DNA from: Alistipes putredinis
Lineage (GTDB): Bacteria > Bacteroidota > Bacteroidia > Bacteroidales > Rikenellaceae
Assembly (NCBI GenBank): GCA_022009915.1
Contig: CP091730.1
Coordinates: 1,601,329-1,665,328 of the forward strand
Direction: 5' to 3'
DNA length: 64,000 bases
Positions 11,420 to 23,940 of this stretch are shown here, one piece after another. Made by a program: the position numbers and the translations under genes. Within the stretch, counting starts at the first letter, position 1, and each line of letters begins with the position of its first letter. A model generated the notes under the pieces. The model made no database searches. It saw only the letters and a program-made list of their open reading frames with translations, and was not told where the DNA came from.

Positions 11420-12166
11420 ATGATAAAAGAAATAGCCTTTCACCGTTCGATTCGGAAATACAAAACGGATGCCATCGCTCCGGAGGTGATGAATGAAATC
11501 CTTGCCGCCGCAACGCGAGCCTCGAACACCGGAAACATGCAGTTGTACAGCATCGTCATGACGACAGACGACGAAGTGAAAAGAGCGCTTTCGCCATGCC
11601 ATTTCGGCCAGCCGATGGTCGAGCAGGCTCCCGTGGTGATGACTTTCTGCGCCGACATAAACAGGTTCAGCCATTGGTGCAGACTGCGCGATGCCGAGCC
11701 GGCATACGACAATTTCATGTGGTTTCTGAATGCTGCTACCGATGCGCTGCTGGCTTCGGAAAATGCGGCGCTCGAAGCCGAAAGCCACGGACTCGGAATA
11801 TGTTATCTTGGCACTACGGTTTACAACGCCCGCAAGATATGCGACGTATTGAATCTGCCTCGCGGAGTGGTGCCTGTGACGACCGTTGTGATGGGTTATC
11901 CCGACCAGACACCCGAACTTACGGACCGTCTTCCCGTGGAGGCCGTCGTGCATTACGACAGATATTCGGACTATACGGATGAGGAAATAGATAGATTGTG
12001 GGCCGAAAAGGAGGCGTCGGAACTGACAGCCCAGCTATTGGAACAAAATTCGCTACCGAATCTGGCACGAATATTCACCGAGAAGCGTTACACGAAAAAA
12101 GACAACATCCCGGTCTCGAAGGCGTATCTCGAACTGCTCGTAGAGCAGGGATTTTTCAACCAGTAG
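11420..12166 (+). CDS. nitroreductase family NAD(P)H oxidoreductase
   Basis: Intact ORF. FHRSIRKYK ... ATRASNTGNMQ ... GLGICYLGT. Confidence 0.75.
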   Translation: MIKEIAFHRSIRKYKTDAIAPEVMNEILAAATRASNTGNMQLYSIVMTTDDEVKRALSPCHFGQPMVEQAPVVMTFCADINRFSHWCRLRDAEPAYDNFMWFLNAATDALLASENAALEAESHGLGICYLGTTVYNARKICDVLNLPRGVVPVTTVVMGYPDQTPELTDRLPVEAVVHYDRYSDYTDEEIDRLWAEKEASELTAQLLEQNSLPNLARIFTEKRYTKKDNIPVSKAYLELLVEQGFFNQ

Positions 12167-12167
12167 C

Positions 12168-14552
12168 ATGAAGTTCGGACGCATGATTATCGTTTTGCTC
12201 TCTGCCGTGGCATTGGCCTCGTGCAGCATCATGCGTCATGTACCCGAAGGAGAGTATCTGCTCAAAGCCAATGAAATACATACCGACAGGAAAGTGCCTA
12301 AAAAGGAGCGCATCACCTCGGACGAAATCGGCAAGTACATACAGCAGAATCCCAACAAGAAATTTTTCGGCATAAACCTCCGCGCATGGGTCTATTCGTG
12401 GGCCAATCCCGAGAAGAACAACGGGTGGAACCGGTTTTTGAGGAGAATAGGGCAGGAGCCGGTGATATTCTCCCTGTCCGAAACCGAGCGTTCGGCCAGC
12501 AATATCAGACTATACATACAGTCGCGCGGTTTTTTCAACGGCGACGGGACGTTCGAAGTCGATACTTTGCGGCACCGCAAAGGTGAAGGTCGTGTATAAG
12601 TGCGAACAGGGGATGCCGTACCGAATCGGGAAGATAACCTACGATTTCAGAGACGAATTCCTGCGGGAGATAATCCTCGAAGACACCGCCGCCACGCTTC
12701 TGCACACCGGCGGCATATTCGACAGAAACGTGCTCGACGAAGAAAGACAGAGAATTAAATCTTATCTTCAAAACAGAGGGTATTATGATTTCACTGTCAA
12801 TAATATATCGTTCCTTGCAGATTCCATTGCAGGAACTCGCACGATAGATGTCGCGGTAATCGTCCACCAGCATTTGCGCTCCTACAACGACGACGGTTCG
12901 CCGGTTATGGCGAACAATACCGTCTATCGTGTAAGGGACATATACGTATATTCGGATTACAATCCTACACAGGGGGCTTCCGACACGACGTTTCTGCACA
13001 GCCGCGATACGGTGCGTTATAAAGGCATGAATCTGATTTACGGCGACAAGCTGCGAATGCGCCCCTCCGTTTTGAGTCAGGTGGTGAAGGTAAAACCCAA
13101 CAGCATATACGATGCGGCCAAAGTGGGCGAAACCTACAACGATTTGATTCGTCTCGGGTATTACAAGAGCGCCAATATACAGTTCACGCCGATAGAGCAG
13201 TCGGGCGAGGAGAACATAATCACCTATGTCGGCGACCAGTTCGTCGATAACGCATCGTCCACCTCCGAAGGCGTCTTGCGCTGCGATATTCTCTGTACGC
13301 CGGCTCTGAGGCAGGGCTACAGAGCTCGAACTGGAAGCCAGCACCACTTCGTCGTTCTACGGTCTGCGGGCTACGGCCGGATACCAGAATCGCAATCTGT
13401 TCCGCGGTTCGGAACTGTTCGACATATCGGTAACGGCCGGTTGCGAGTTCCTGCGCTCATCCACAAAGAAAACATTCTACGAACTCGGCGGCAGCATGTC
13501 GCTCACGTTCCCGAGATTCATATTCCCGGGAAGGCTCGATTCGAAGTCTGCATGTGAACAATCCGCAGACGAAACTCAGACCTTTTCGTTCAATCACCAG
13601 AACCGCGCCTACTATAAACGCAACCTGTCGAATTTCACATGGGGGTACAATTGGAACAACGGCAAATATTCGAGCTATGCGGTAAGACCTTTCGACATCA
13701 GCCTGATTAAGATGGGCTACATAAACCAAGAGTTTCTCGAAAGCCTGAAAAATCCCTATCTCATAGATAGTTACTCTCCGCAGCTGATAGCCGGAATATC
13801 CACATCCTATGTTTTCAACAACCAGATGAGGGGAATAAACCGCAACACTACTCTGGTGCGTCTGAATCTCGAAACCACTGGCAATTTGCTCCGAGGTCTG
13901 ACGGGTTTGTTCGGCAGGCGGCAAGAGGAGAACGGGGACCGGTATTACAACATACTCGGAATACGTTTCGCGCAGTATGTCAGGGGCGATTTGAGCCTGA
14001 GCCAGAAGATTGTTCTCGGGGCGGAGGGACGTCTGGCCCTCGCATACAGGATATACGGCGGTGCGGCGCTTTCATACGGCAACTCGCGCACCATGCCCTC
14101 GGACCGTCTTTTCTTTGCCGGCGGCGGAAACAGCATGCGCGGCTGGGCACCCAGAACGCTGGGCCCGGGCGATACGCCGGAACCGGAGAAAAAGCGGAGT
14201 TTACTATCCGAGCCAGTTGGCTAACATGAAGCTCGAAGCCAATCTAGAATTGAGGTTTCCGATATGGAATATTTTCAACGGAGCGCTGTTTTTCGATGCC
14301 GGCAATATATGGTTCCTCAAACGCAGCGAAAGCGACAACGCTCCGCAGGCCGTTTTCCGGTTCGACAATTTCTACCGTCAGCTGGGATTCGATACGGGCG
14401 TCGGCCTAAGGCTCGACATAAAGTTTGCCGTGCTGCGTCTGGACTGGGGTATCCAGCTGCACAACCCGAACTGGCCGGCCGGACATCGCTGGATTCAGAG
14501 TTTCAAGTTCAAGAATACGGCGCTCAATTTCGGAGTGGGGTATCCGTTCTAA
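12168..14552 (+). CDS. BamA/TamA-family outer-membrane protein (surface antigen D15 barrel); about 3 frame breaks
   Basis: Four consecutive ORFs (12168, 12583, 13496 and 14010 starts) join. There is a lipoprotein-like signal (LSAVALASCS), POTRA-like repeats, and a C-terminal barrel (FFAGGGNSMRGW ... FDAGNIW ... RLDWG). Confidence 0.75.
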
Positions 14553-15208
14553 GCTATCGATTCGAGCCGCTCGTAGTTTATTTCCGAAAAATCGTCGATT
14601 ATCATTGCAGCATCGGACTGTGCTTGAATTTCGGCTCGGGGCAGGGTAGTGGCTATGGCTACCGTCTTTATGCCGGCTCGGCGTGCAGCCTCCATTCCGG
14701 CAAGCGCATCTTCGAAGACGATGCAGGATGACGCCTTTACGCCGAGCAGTTCGACCGCTTTGAGGTATATTTCCGGATCGGGCTTGCATCGCGTCACCAT
14801 GTCGCTGTTCACCACTACGTCGAAATATTCGCGCACATGGCATCCGTCCAAAACGAAATCCACATTCTCCTTGCATCCCGACGAGCCCACGGCGCATTTT
14901 ACTCCGTGCGAACGCATCTGTTCGAGAAACTGCCGCAGTCCTTTGACGGGAGCGATGTCGGGTGCGTATATTTCGCGGTATATGGCTTCCTTCTCCGCGG
15001 CAAGCGACGGTATGCCTCGCTCCTCGATGAGCTTCGCATCGAAAAACTGAGGCATTATCTCGTTGTTTCCGCGGCCGGCCATAGGCTTGAACTTTTCGAG
15101 GTCGAATGCGACGCCGTACCTGCGACACATCTCGGCAAATGCAAGTACGTGTACCTTCATGTTGTCCACTATCACTCCGTCCATATCGAAAATCACCGCT
15201 TCAATCAT
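14549..15208 (-). CDS. HAD-IA family hydrolase (beta-phosphoglucomutase-like)
   Basis: Intact. MIEAVIFDMDGVIVDN ... VGSSG ... KPDPEIYL ... VFEDALAGMEAARRAG. Confidence 0.8.
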   Translation of the reverse strand: MIEAVIFDMDGVIVDNMKVHVLAFAEMCRRYGVAFDLEKFKPMAGRGNNEIMPQFFDAKLIEERGIPSLAAEKEAIYREIYAPDIAPVKGLRQFLEQMRSHGVKCAVGSSGCKENVDFVLDGCHVREYFDVVVNSDMVTRCKPDPEIYLKAVELLGVKASSCIVFEDALAGMEAARRAGIKTVAIATTLPRAEIQAQSDAAMIIDDFSEINYERLESIA

Positions 15209-15254
15209 AATAAGCAAATATTATATATATGTTCAAACCGGATGCAAATATACT

Positions 15255-15281
15255 AAAAGGCGAGCTTCTGCCCGCCTTTTT
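15255..15281. terminator. hairpin terminator between convergent genes
   Basis: AAAAGGCG ... CGCCTTTT stem. Confidence 0.45.
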
Positions 15282-15306
15282 CGTATTCGAATTTGCTGTC
15301 GAGCCG

Positions 15307-16988
15307 TTAAAACGCACACACGGCACGTGCATTCATGTTACCGCTATCAGTCTTTGCAGCAGAATACATAACTAACGAGCTGGATAATATGCTGAAAGTG
15401 CTTCTCGCGGATATTTCCGAAGAAGGCCAGTACGATTTGGAGTTATTGCGCGTTCTCACTACGTCGCCGCCAACGGCAGAGATGGAAGCATCGACTATAC
15501 TGCATGTTTCAATGTAAGACTCATTATAATCATGTGCGTCAAAAATGTTATCCACGTCCTTGTAGATGAGCATGTGCATTTCCTTCGGCGAGGGGATGTA
15601 CCATCCGGTGCTGTTTGCCGGTGCAGGATTCTGTTCTGCAAATGTTTTCAGGTGCTCGACAGGAATGACCAAGTTATCTGTCTTGCCGTTTGCCGTGCAA
15701 TAATCGTTATACGCCAGCAGCACTTTCGTATTCTGGTAACCGTGAATCCGGTCGAAATTTATATTATAATTATCAACCTGAACGGACGCATAGTCGGCCT
15801 TGTCTACCGGATTGAAATCCGGTCCGCTTTGAAAACCAGCCACAGGGTCACCGACTTTTTGCCACGCAAAATCGCTCGCAGCAATCTTTTTTATAGATAC
15901 GGCCAGCCCGTGTGCTCTGCTCTGAAACTCCTTTTGCCAAAAATCTTGTCATCTGTCAGGGTGGCGGGAGTCTGCCTCCCGGTCGGATCAGTCTCGGCGG
16001 GTGTCCAAAAGACTATACCCGCCACTTTCGCTTTCTGCTCTTCGGAAAGATTCGTTCCCTTGGGCAGCAGCCGGCCGTCTGTGAGCAGGAAGTCGCCCCG
16101 CTGTATCGTGTAGTTCTCTATTTGCATTTTTCGCATCGTCTATCACGTATCTTTTGTAGCTTCCGGCGGCAATGTCGTCCGACGGAACTAAGTCGATTCT
16201 GCTGTTGCCGTCATCGAATCTTCCTTCGTTATTCATTGAGGATGGGGCAATCGGTGTCACCAAGAACCGGTACGTTCCGTTTTTTTCATATCCAGCGGCT
16301 TGCCGCCGCCGTTGTCAGCGAACGTAATCTGAGAATAGAGCGTGTAGTCGGGAACCCTTTCATCGGTGAACTTGTACACGTACTTCGGCATATCGATGAC
16401 TACCAGCGCCATGTGGTGGGTCATGCTGAACGAGAGATGAAGCGTGTTGTTCGCGCCTGTCGCGGCGGTTCCATCGGCGGTCATCAGATCGGAAGCGGCA
16501 TATGCCGCATAGGTGCTTTGGTCGCCCTGCGGCCACCACGAGGCTATGAGCGGAGCGAAGAATTCCGCGGCGGTCAGCGGCGAGCCGGTAATGGCAGCGG
16601 TTTGGTAGTCCATTTTCGTCTGATAGGGATAGTAGAGATAATAGTGCTCGTCAGGCAGTCCTCCCGCAAGAGTCACGCCGCCCTCTGGCTTCCATACTAT
16701 GCCGCCCGTGGCGGCATCCGTGACGGCGGTCAGTTTAACGTTGGAATAAATCGTCTTTTCGCCGCGCACCACATACAGGCCGCAGGCATCGCCTGCCGTG
16801 AACTCCGTGGTGTAACCGTTCTCCATGCTGCGGGTGTCGGAGGCATAGCCGCCGTCGGTGATTGTGATTGCGATAGGCCGTCCCTGCTCTGTACCGGCAG
16901 GCGCCACCGGCGCGTCCTTGCTGCACGAGGCGACGGCAAGGAGGACAGCTGCCAGATGTAATGTTCTGTATATGTCGTATAGTTTCAT
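15307..16988 (-). CDS. fimbrillin-family lipoprotein with C-terminal DUF1566 (Lcl-like) domain, paralog B; 2-3 frame breaks
   Basis: ORFs 16257..16988 (signal plus lipobox AVASCS, fimbrillin-like), 15891..16136 and 15307..15843 join. The C-terminus has GWYIPSPKEMHML ... YWPSSE ... ARAVCAF. Confidence 0.65.
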
Positions 16989-17015
16989 AATTTCAATGAA
17001 TATAAAAATATTGTA

Positions 17016-18789
17016 TTAGAAAGCACACACGGCTCTTACTCGGTGAGAACTGAGCTGAGTCTCTATTTGCATACGGGTGTTGTTCTCATAGAGTTCCGCT
17101 GTGAAGACGTAAAAATTAGCTTCCTCGCGCACCAGCGAAGACCAATAGACTGTGCCGTTTGCAAGTATTTCACCACCGGCAGCGGAAAGGGAGGTATTGA
17201 CAATATTGCGATTGGCGATTCTTTCTTCTTCGAACCAGACACGGACATCCCTATCCTCGGCACAGAGGATATGCAGCTCTTTTACCGAAGGAAAGAACCA
17301 GCCGGTACTGCCTTTTGGGGCCGGATTGTCTGTCTTGAACGTCTCGATGACTGCGACGGGAACGTTGATTCGATTCGATTGACCGTTACGGTTGCAATAA
17401 TCATTGTAGGCAAGAAGCACCTGTGTGTTCTGATAACCGAGGACTTTGGTTATATTATCGGTAGAGGAGCTTGCGATGGATACTATGGGAACGAACAGAT
17501 CTTTCTTATCGTGAGTGAAGTTTTCTCCTTTTTGGAAATCGTACACGGACCCATCATAATAATTTTCTACCCACGACATACCCTTAGAAGGTAGAGAAAA
17601 TCTTTTGTCCTGTATATCTTCCAGCGAGACGGCAAGACCGTGGGTGCAATCGGGGAAGTCGCTCGCCATGACTTTATCATCGGTAAGGTTGGCGGGAGCC
17701 TGTCTGCCTGTCGGGTCTGCGTCTTTCGGAACCCAGAACACGATACCTGCTACCGTCTTGCCGGCTATGGGTTGCGGTTTCGGGTCGGCGATGACCGGCG
17801 CTCTTCCGTCGGGATAGCGCGTGCGCAGTCCGCCGTCGGAGGTCGTTCCGTCAGAATAGATATAGTCTCCGGCTTTCACTTCATCGGCTGTGTAGTACAG
17901 CGTTCTGGCAATAGCCACGTTCTCCTCGCCTCCGTCGGTCCATGTGTGGGACGGTTTCGTCACCACGTCGATTCCGTCGGCTTTCACGGTGATGGTGTAG
18001 GCATACCGCTTGCCACCGAAAAACCCAAATTTGCCGGCAGCTTCTGTTTCGGGAGTGTAGGTAAAGTCATTGCTGCCTATGCTGATTCGGATGAGCGGCT
18101 TGCCCGTCATATCCTGCGGCGGCACTAACGCCTCGTATTTCTTCGTTGCGGCATCGTAATAGGGCTTTATCTCGCCGTCCGATTGGTCACCCGGTGATAC
18201 CAAGCCGGCGGTTGAGTGCGTTAGCGGGTCTCCGAAAATGGTGACGGTCGCACCCTCCAACTCCTCTTCCGTAATGCCTTCGCCAGCTTTGAGAATTACT
18301 TCGATTTTTCGTCATGCGGTGGATGAAACGGAGATTTATGGCTTGGTCATAACGCCCTATGGCACTGGCGTACAGGACATCGAAAGCGGCGTACCCGCCA
18401 CTTTGGTCGGAAATATCCGTTTCCGATTCTATGTCCGGGGTCCATGCACTGACGCGGGCTTCATCGGTGTTCTTCCAATAGAAGGCATTATCGGCATCCT
18501 TCGGGCTTGCATTGCCCGATGCGTCCAACACGTATGTTTTGTTACCAAACACACCTTCCAGTGACACTCTAATCTCCTCGCCGCCCGTCCACGCATTCTT
18601 GCCTCCGGCGCAGGTCTGCGGCTGTGCCACCTCCGCTGTCAGTTGCAGCGGGTACTTGCCGTCGGGTAGGGATGCGGCATCTTCCGCTTCTTTTTTGCCG
18701 CAGGAGGCGAGCAGCCCGCCGATTAGCAGCGAAACCGGCAGCCACATGCCTGCACGCGGCCATCGCAATGTGTAAACTGTTCTTTTCAT
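17016..18789 (-). CDS. fimbrillin-family lipoprotein with C-terminal DUF1566 (Lcl-like) domain, paralog A; 1 frame break near 18250
   Basis: ORF 18187..18789 (lipobox LLASCG) joins ORF 17016..18260. The C-terminus has GWFFPSVKELHIL ... YWSS ... VRAVCAF and aligns with paralog B (AGIVFW.P...DPTGRQ.PA.LTDDK, GYQNT.VLLAYNDYC). Confidence 0.7.
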
Positions 18790-18961
18790 AACGTCTCTAT
18801 TGTTTTTGTTTCATTTCGATTCTTTTTTCTTCGTGCCGCCGCCCGTCGCGACGCGGGCAGCCACACCGGTGTCGTATGTTTAAGTCGTGAGACCTGTCAA
18901 TACATATATATAAGGTGTGCCTCCGTGCTTACGCCTGATGCACGGCGGCGGCTGTTTCGCA

Positions 18962-20012
18962 TCACTGCATCTTCGCGTCGCCGGAATGATTTCCACCGTC
19001 GTTCCAGTCCTCGATGGTGCTTCCGCTTATGGTCAGCCCCGTTTTCTTCACCGTGATTGTGTAGGTGTAGGAGTAACCGGCTTCGAGCGCGGGTTTAATC
19101 ATATTCCTGTTGGAATAGGTCTGCGACTCTCCGTCGCGGGGGGTCACTTCGAAATTCAGGCAGTCGGTGAGAGTCTGCGGCAGCAGAATCATGGAGAAGT
19201 TCATCACTCCCGTTGCGTCGTCGTATTCAGTCACACACATGTCGGTCATTGTCCAGTCGGTGGTGGGGGAAAGTATATTCGCGCAACATCCAGTCGCTTA
19301 TGACGGCTCCCGTAGCTGCGGCCGTTCCGGTCGATACGTAGAACGTTCCCTCGTGAATCAGTCCGCCCAACTTGTAGTCTCGCGTATTCCAATACGCCCG
19401 GGTCGGTGAAACCGTCGGTATTCGATACCTGTACCTTTAATATAAGACGGGACATCTTGTGCTTGAAGGAGCAGTCGCTGCCGCCTGCTGCGGTGTTGTT
19501 CGTGAAGCTGATGACAGGATTGCTTTTGCTTGCTTTGGCCCCTGTGGCATAGATGTAATCTATATTTTTCCTGCCTGCTAATCGTCGATTGGTTGTCCGT
19601 TTTTATCGTGATTTTCCCGTTATCGCCCGGCAGGGTAGAAGCGTTGGCGCTCGATGCGTAAGGCGCATAGGCGGCGAAAGTAAACTCGTCGGAAGCATCC
19701 TCGAAGAAGATGCCGGCACCTTCTCTCCGCGGGGTAAAGTCGGCGCTGGTGCCTGTGCTTTCGGTTCGGTATGCCGCGTTTTTGTACTTGCTGCCCATGG
19801 TAGTGGTAGTACCGGCGGCATCGACCGCCATCACGCCGATTACGTCGGCGTTCCACGTGTTGTTTATCGCGCGGGTTTTCGGGCCGCTTACATTTGCCGT
19901 GATTTGCGCCTCCACGGAGCCAGAGCTCTTCGGCGCCTCATTCTCTTTCGCGCATGCAACCAATGCCGTTGCCGTCGCTGCAAGAATGAAAAAGTTTCGT
20001 GTTCATTTTCAT
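18962..20012 (-). CDS. fimbrillin family protein (candidate stalk or major subunit); at least 3 frame breaks
   Basis: Start MKMNTKLF..ILAATATALVACAKE is recovered across a T-run. ORFs 19358..19963 and 18962..19249 carry fimbrillin-like strands (FTFAAYAPY, SYTYTITVKKTGLTISGSTIEDWN). Confidence 0.6.
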
Positions 20013-20068
20013 AAGATCTTGTTTCAGTGGCTTTCGCCTATTAATCAAAAATACTAATTATCCGTCAC

Positions 20069-21368
20069 TTAATTTCCACGAGAAACGACAACGACTGTCG
20101 CTCTGCGGGCTGAATCGGAGACATCCTTGCCGGAATCGCCGAGAGGCTGGCGGAGGGCACGGCTGCAATCGACACCCTGTTTGCGCAAGTAGTTCAGCAC
20201 AGTCTCGATGCGCAGTTCGCTGAGCCGCATGTTGTATCCGCTATCTCCTGTGGCGGAAGCCTCTCCGACAACGACAAGCTCGGTTCCGTCCATGGTTTTC
20301 AGACGTTCGGCGAGAGCGTCAAGATCGGTCTTTACGGCCGCACTGAGTTTGAAACTGCCATGGGAGAACCGCACGGTAAGATTTTGAAGAATCTCTTCGG
20401 TGCGGCGTGCTTTAAGTTCGGCGTTTTCTTTTTCAAGGGCATCCACACGGGATTTCAGCGAGGCGTTCTCGCTCATGGCAGATGCAAGAGCCTCATCCTT
20501 GGCCTTTCCGGAAGCCTCGCAGTCCGCCTTTGCGGACGCTGCGGCCTCAGTCATGGAAGCTAATGCAAGCTCGGACTCGCGTAACTGACGCCCCTTGCTC
20601 TTGTACCCGTATTTCGAACCGAGAAGATTCAGACGCAATACCACGGAGACGGTACCGATACCCTTGGGAGCATAGGCACAATTAAGAAGCCTCTTGTAGT
20701 TGCCCTGAACGCCCAAAGTCACGATCGGACTCACGTCGAACTCTGCGGACAACAGCACTGGAAAATAACCGACATTATATTTATGACGAGAGTTTACTGC
20801 ATCCAGCCAAGTGTTTATCGTTTCCTGATACGTCTCGCTCCAACGCTCGTGTCCCATGGAGATGTCGTAAGTGTTGCCTTTGGCGAAGAGCCAGCCGAAA
20901 CCGACTCCCGCATAAAGGTTGAAACGTCTGTTCTGACGGTTTCGCCACAGCTCCATGATGTTGAATTCCACAGTCAAGTCGGCGGAGTGATAGCGGGTCC
21001 ACATCTTTGAGTATGCAAGGCCGCCGGAACGCTCGGAAAGCGTTCCAGTCCCGGCAGGAATTTCGAGAGGCTGGAACTCGGAGAATCGCTGTTCTCGGGC
21101 ATATTTAGAGAAATCGTAGTTCACACCCAGCCGGATCCATGGACGGATGTTGAACGAGACACCGGCACCGATTTCAGGGAATATATTCATACCCGGAGCA
21201 GCGTCCACGCTCGACATTTCCAGTCCGTGCACCATCGTGGCGCCTCCCTCCGCATAGAAGGCTCCATGTGGAGGTGCGGTAGGCACCGCTCCCACGCTCC
21301 TGCGCCCCTATGTCAGCGAAGATGCCCGAGAAGAACATCAATGTTATAATTGCCAAATATCTTTTCAT
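20069..21368 (-). CDS. OmpA-family outer-membrane protein (barrel, coiled coil, OmpA-like C-domain); 1 frame break
   Basis: Signal in ORF 21174..21368. ORF 20069..21295 has barrel-like strands, a coiled coil (SENASLKSRVDALEKENAELKARR) and an OmpA-like end (GEASATGDSGYNMRLSELRIETVLNYL). Confidence 0.7.
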
Positions 21369-21383
21369 AAGGAGCGAATGGGA

Positions 21384-22998
21384 TTAATTATCTTCGACTA
21401 TTATAAACTCCACGGAATTATCTTTACTACTACCTCGCAAATACTCCAATCCTCTGAATCCCCAAACTCCGGTTGTGGCTTTAATTGCCTGAGAAGCATG
21501 ATAATACTCAATATAATTTCCATCCGGTCTGTTTATCATGTTAAAAAAATATCTAACGCATTCATGTTCTGTACTTTAAGATTCTTGCCGGCAGCACGCT
21601 CCCTATCTTTACCCAAAACTGATAGGAGCAATTCTTATTGACTTTTTTAATATAGTAACAAGTATGGCCATTTAGACGGTAAAATACTGGATCAGGATTC
21701 GGATAATCAGCACCGATATAAACCGCAAGAATCACTCCCTCCTCGTTAAACCTAATGTCTTTCAAGATACCTCCTTCTGTGTAAAGAGGCCCGTAAAAAC
21801 TTGTGTCCTCGTAACCCGAGATGGGGTACTTGCCGGAATTTTGTCGGAACCAAAACTTATATCTATGCGGCAAAGAGAGCGGAATCAAATCTTTAAGGGC
21901 CCTTACGACCTCATAGTTATCCTGATTGGCATCCCAGAAAGCATCATCGACCAGCAAATAATCGTCGCCTACTTCAAGAAGTTCATCTTTGGTGAATGTA
22001 TAAGCCGACGAACTGTTGAGCGCTTTCAGTATCAGCTCCTGTTTCTCGGTCACGCTGACTAACCCCTTAGCCACGGCCTCCCTTATTGCATCCAGCTTGA
22101 CGTTTAGCCCGGAAATAGGCGAGTCGAGCGCCTCCTTGATAGCGTCCAGTTTGTCATTGGCTGTTCCTGCCGTCGCATTCAAAGCCTCAATCGCCTTCTT
22201 CACAAGAGCGAGTGTACTGTCATCTCCGACAAGACCGGAATTAACAGCCCCCTCGATAAGTGCAAGTTTGGCACTCAGCGCTGTCGTCTGGTCCTTCACC
22301 GCCTTCTCGACAGCCGCAAGTTTCTCCTCCAAAGAACCTTGAAGCGAGCTGATTGCATCCTTGACAAGGTCTATCGCATCGGCGTTATTGGCAAGTCCGG
22401 TCTTGACAGTCCCCTCTATAAGAACCATCTTGGCGCTCAGATCGGTCGTCTGGTCCTTCACGGCCTTTTCAATAGCCGTAAGTTTTTCATCCATTGTTCC
22501 AGTCAAGGACTCTATTGCTGATTTGACAAGTTCCAAGGCCTTGGTATTGCCGGCTAACCCCTCGTCCGTGGACTCTTTGATTAAACCGAGCGCCTTCTCG
22601 ATGAGCACAAGTTTGGCGTTCAGGTCGGTGGACTGGGCTTTTATCGCGCTCTCTATCGCGGCGAGTTTCTCGGCGACAGTGGCATCCAAAGAGCCGATTG
22701 CCTCGATTGTCTTTTTGGCCATCTCCTCGTATTTCAGCACGCCGTTATCGTAGGCCTCGTTCAGCAGGTCCATCTTCTGGGACAGCGTGAACGTCTGATT
22801 TTTTTAAGGGCTTCTTCAAGAAGCTCCATTCTCTTTACAAGACTCATAGTCTGATCCTGCAAGGCTTTCACAATCTCGCTGTAATCATTCGTCACAGTGG
22901 TCGTCTGTTGAAATCTGATGTCCGGGGAGTCGTACTCGCATCGAAACAACCGCTGCCATCAGCGCGCAAACGGATAGGGTTAAAAAAAGTTTTCTCAT
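21384..22998 (-). CDS. lipoprotein with four ~54-61-aa helical repeats and a C-terminal globular domain of unknown function; at least 3 frame breaks
   Basis: MRKLFLTLSVCALMAAVVSC lipobox at 22998, recovered across a break. ORFs 22761..22949 and 21562..22773 join. A probable last 51 aa (MINRPDGNYIEYYHASQAIKATTGVWGF...VEDN*) lies in another frame down to 21384. No family was recognised. Confidence 0.5.
22015..22692 (-). repeat. tandem in-frame repeats (about 162-183 bp, x4) encoding SL.G...EKL.AIEKAVKDQTT.LSAK..LIEG.V..GL.....L.LVK.AI
   Basis: Units by residue number of ORF 21562..22773 are 28-88, 89-142, 143-196 and 197-253. By my hand alignment units 2 and 3 share well over half of their positions. 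Confidence 0.7.
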
Positions 22999-23064
22999 AA
23001 TAATGTTGATTCTGTTTATTTTTGATTTATTTGTTTAATCGGTGTTTTTTTACATCTGTTTTTT

Positions 23065-23919
23065 TCAGTTCGCGTCAGCATTGCCGCCGTCGGTCTCGTT
23101 CCACCCCGTGATGGTGGCTCCCGTTACTCCCGCCTCAATAGGCAGCAGCAGGTTGCCCGCGAGTTTCATCGGCTCCATCCGGTCGTTGAATCCGGCAAGC
23201 AGGCTCTGTAATGTCGCTGTCTATCTGCTGCGTGTCGCCGTCGGTGTAGAGTATCGACACCGTGAGGGTTTGGCTCGCTGCGGGGATGATGCCCGACAGA
23301 CGGAAAGAGGTCGTGAATTTGCTGCCGTCCTGCACCAGGGCATTCCGGCTCTTCGCTGCTGCGGCACGCTCGCACGTTACGATATCTACCTGCGAAGCCA
23401 CCCCGTCGAGCGTTGCCGTGGCCGACTGCACGCGGCTGTGGTCGCCCTCCGTTACCGAGAGTTCCACGTTCAGCAGCCTCACGAGGCTGTTTTTACGGGG
23501 ACGGTCACTTCCAGCGTGTTGTCCGCTGCTACGTCGATGGTTCGATTTGCGGCAAAAAGATAACCCGGCATCGGCTCCACGTATCCGGCCTCGCTCTCCG
23601 CGACAGTTGCGGTGTTGCCGCTGATGCCTATATGCTCCGGAATGTTGTATGCCGTCAGTTCGTAACTGCCTTGCGGCAGCAGCGATTTGAACGTGTTGGT
23701 TATTCCGCTCACGGACTGCTGCTCCTCGCCCACGCGGAGCGTGTAGTTTTGCGGCATTTCAGCCTCGGGGCTCTTCGAGCTCCATTCGGTAGTGACGACC
23801 ACTGTTCCGTAATCCGGATGCGGTGTATTGTAAATAGGGTCTTTTATGTCGCAGGCGGAGAGTGTCAGCAGGGCTACTGCCGAGGCACCCGCTATCATAA
23901 TCATATCTTTCATTCTCAT
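23065..23919 (-). CDS. FimB/Mfa2-family fimbrial anchor-like lipoprotein; at least 2 frame breaks
   Basis: Lipobox LLTLSAC. PGYLFAANRTIDVAADNTLEVTVPVK then RLLNVELSVTEG ... ATLDGVASQVDIVT. The tail is recovered to the stop at 23065. Confidence 0.55.
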
Positions 23920-23940
23920 AGTTCGGTTCTGTTTTTTTCG

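Noticed and set aside
15307-18789. Diversity-generating retroelement targeting the DUF1566/Lcl-like heads
   Set aside because: There is no reverse transcriptase gene, no template-repeat copy of the C-terminal region, and no adenine-specific mismatch pattern that I could see in the window.
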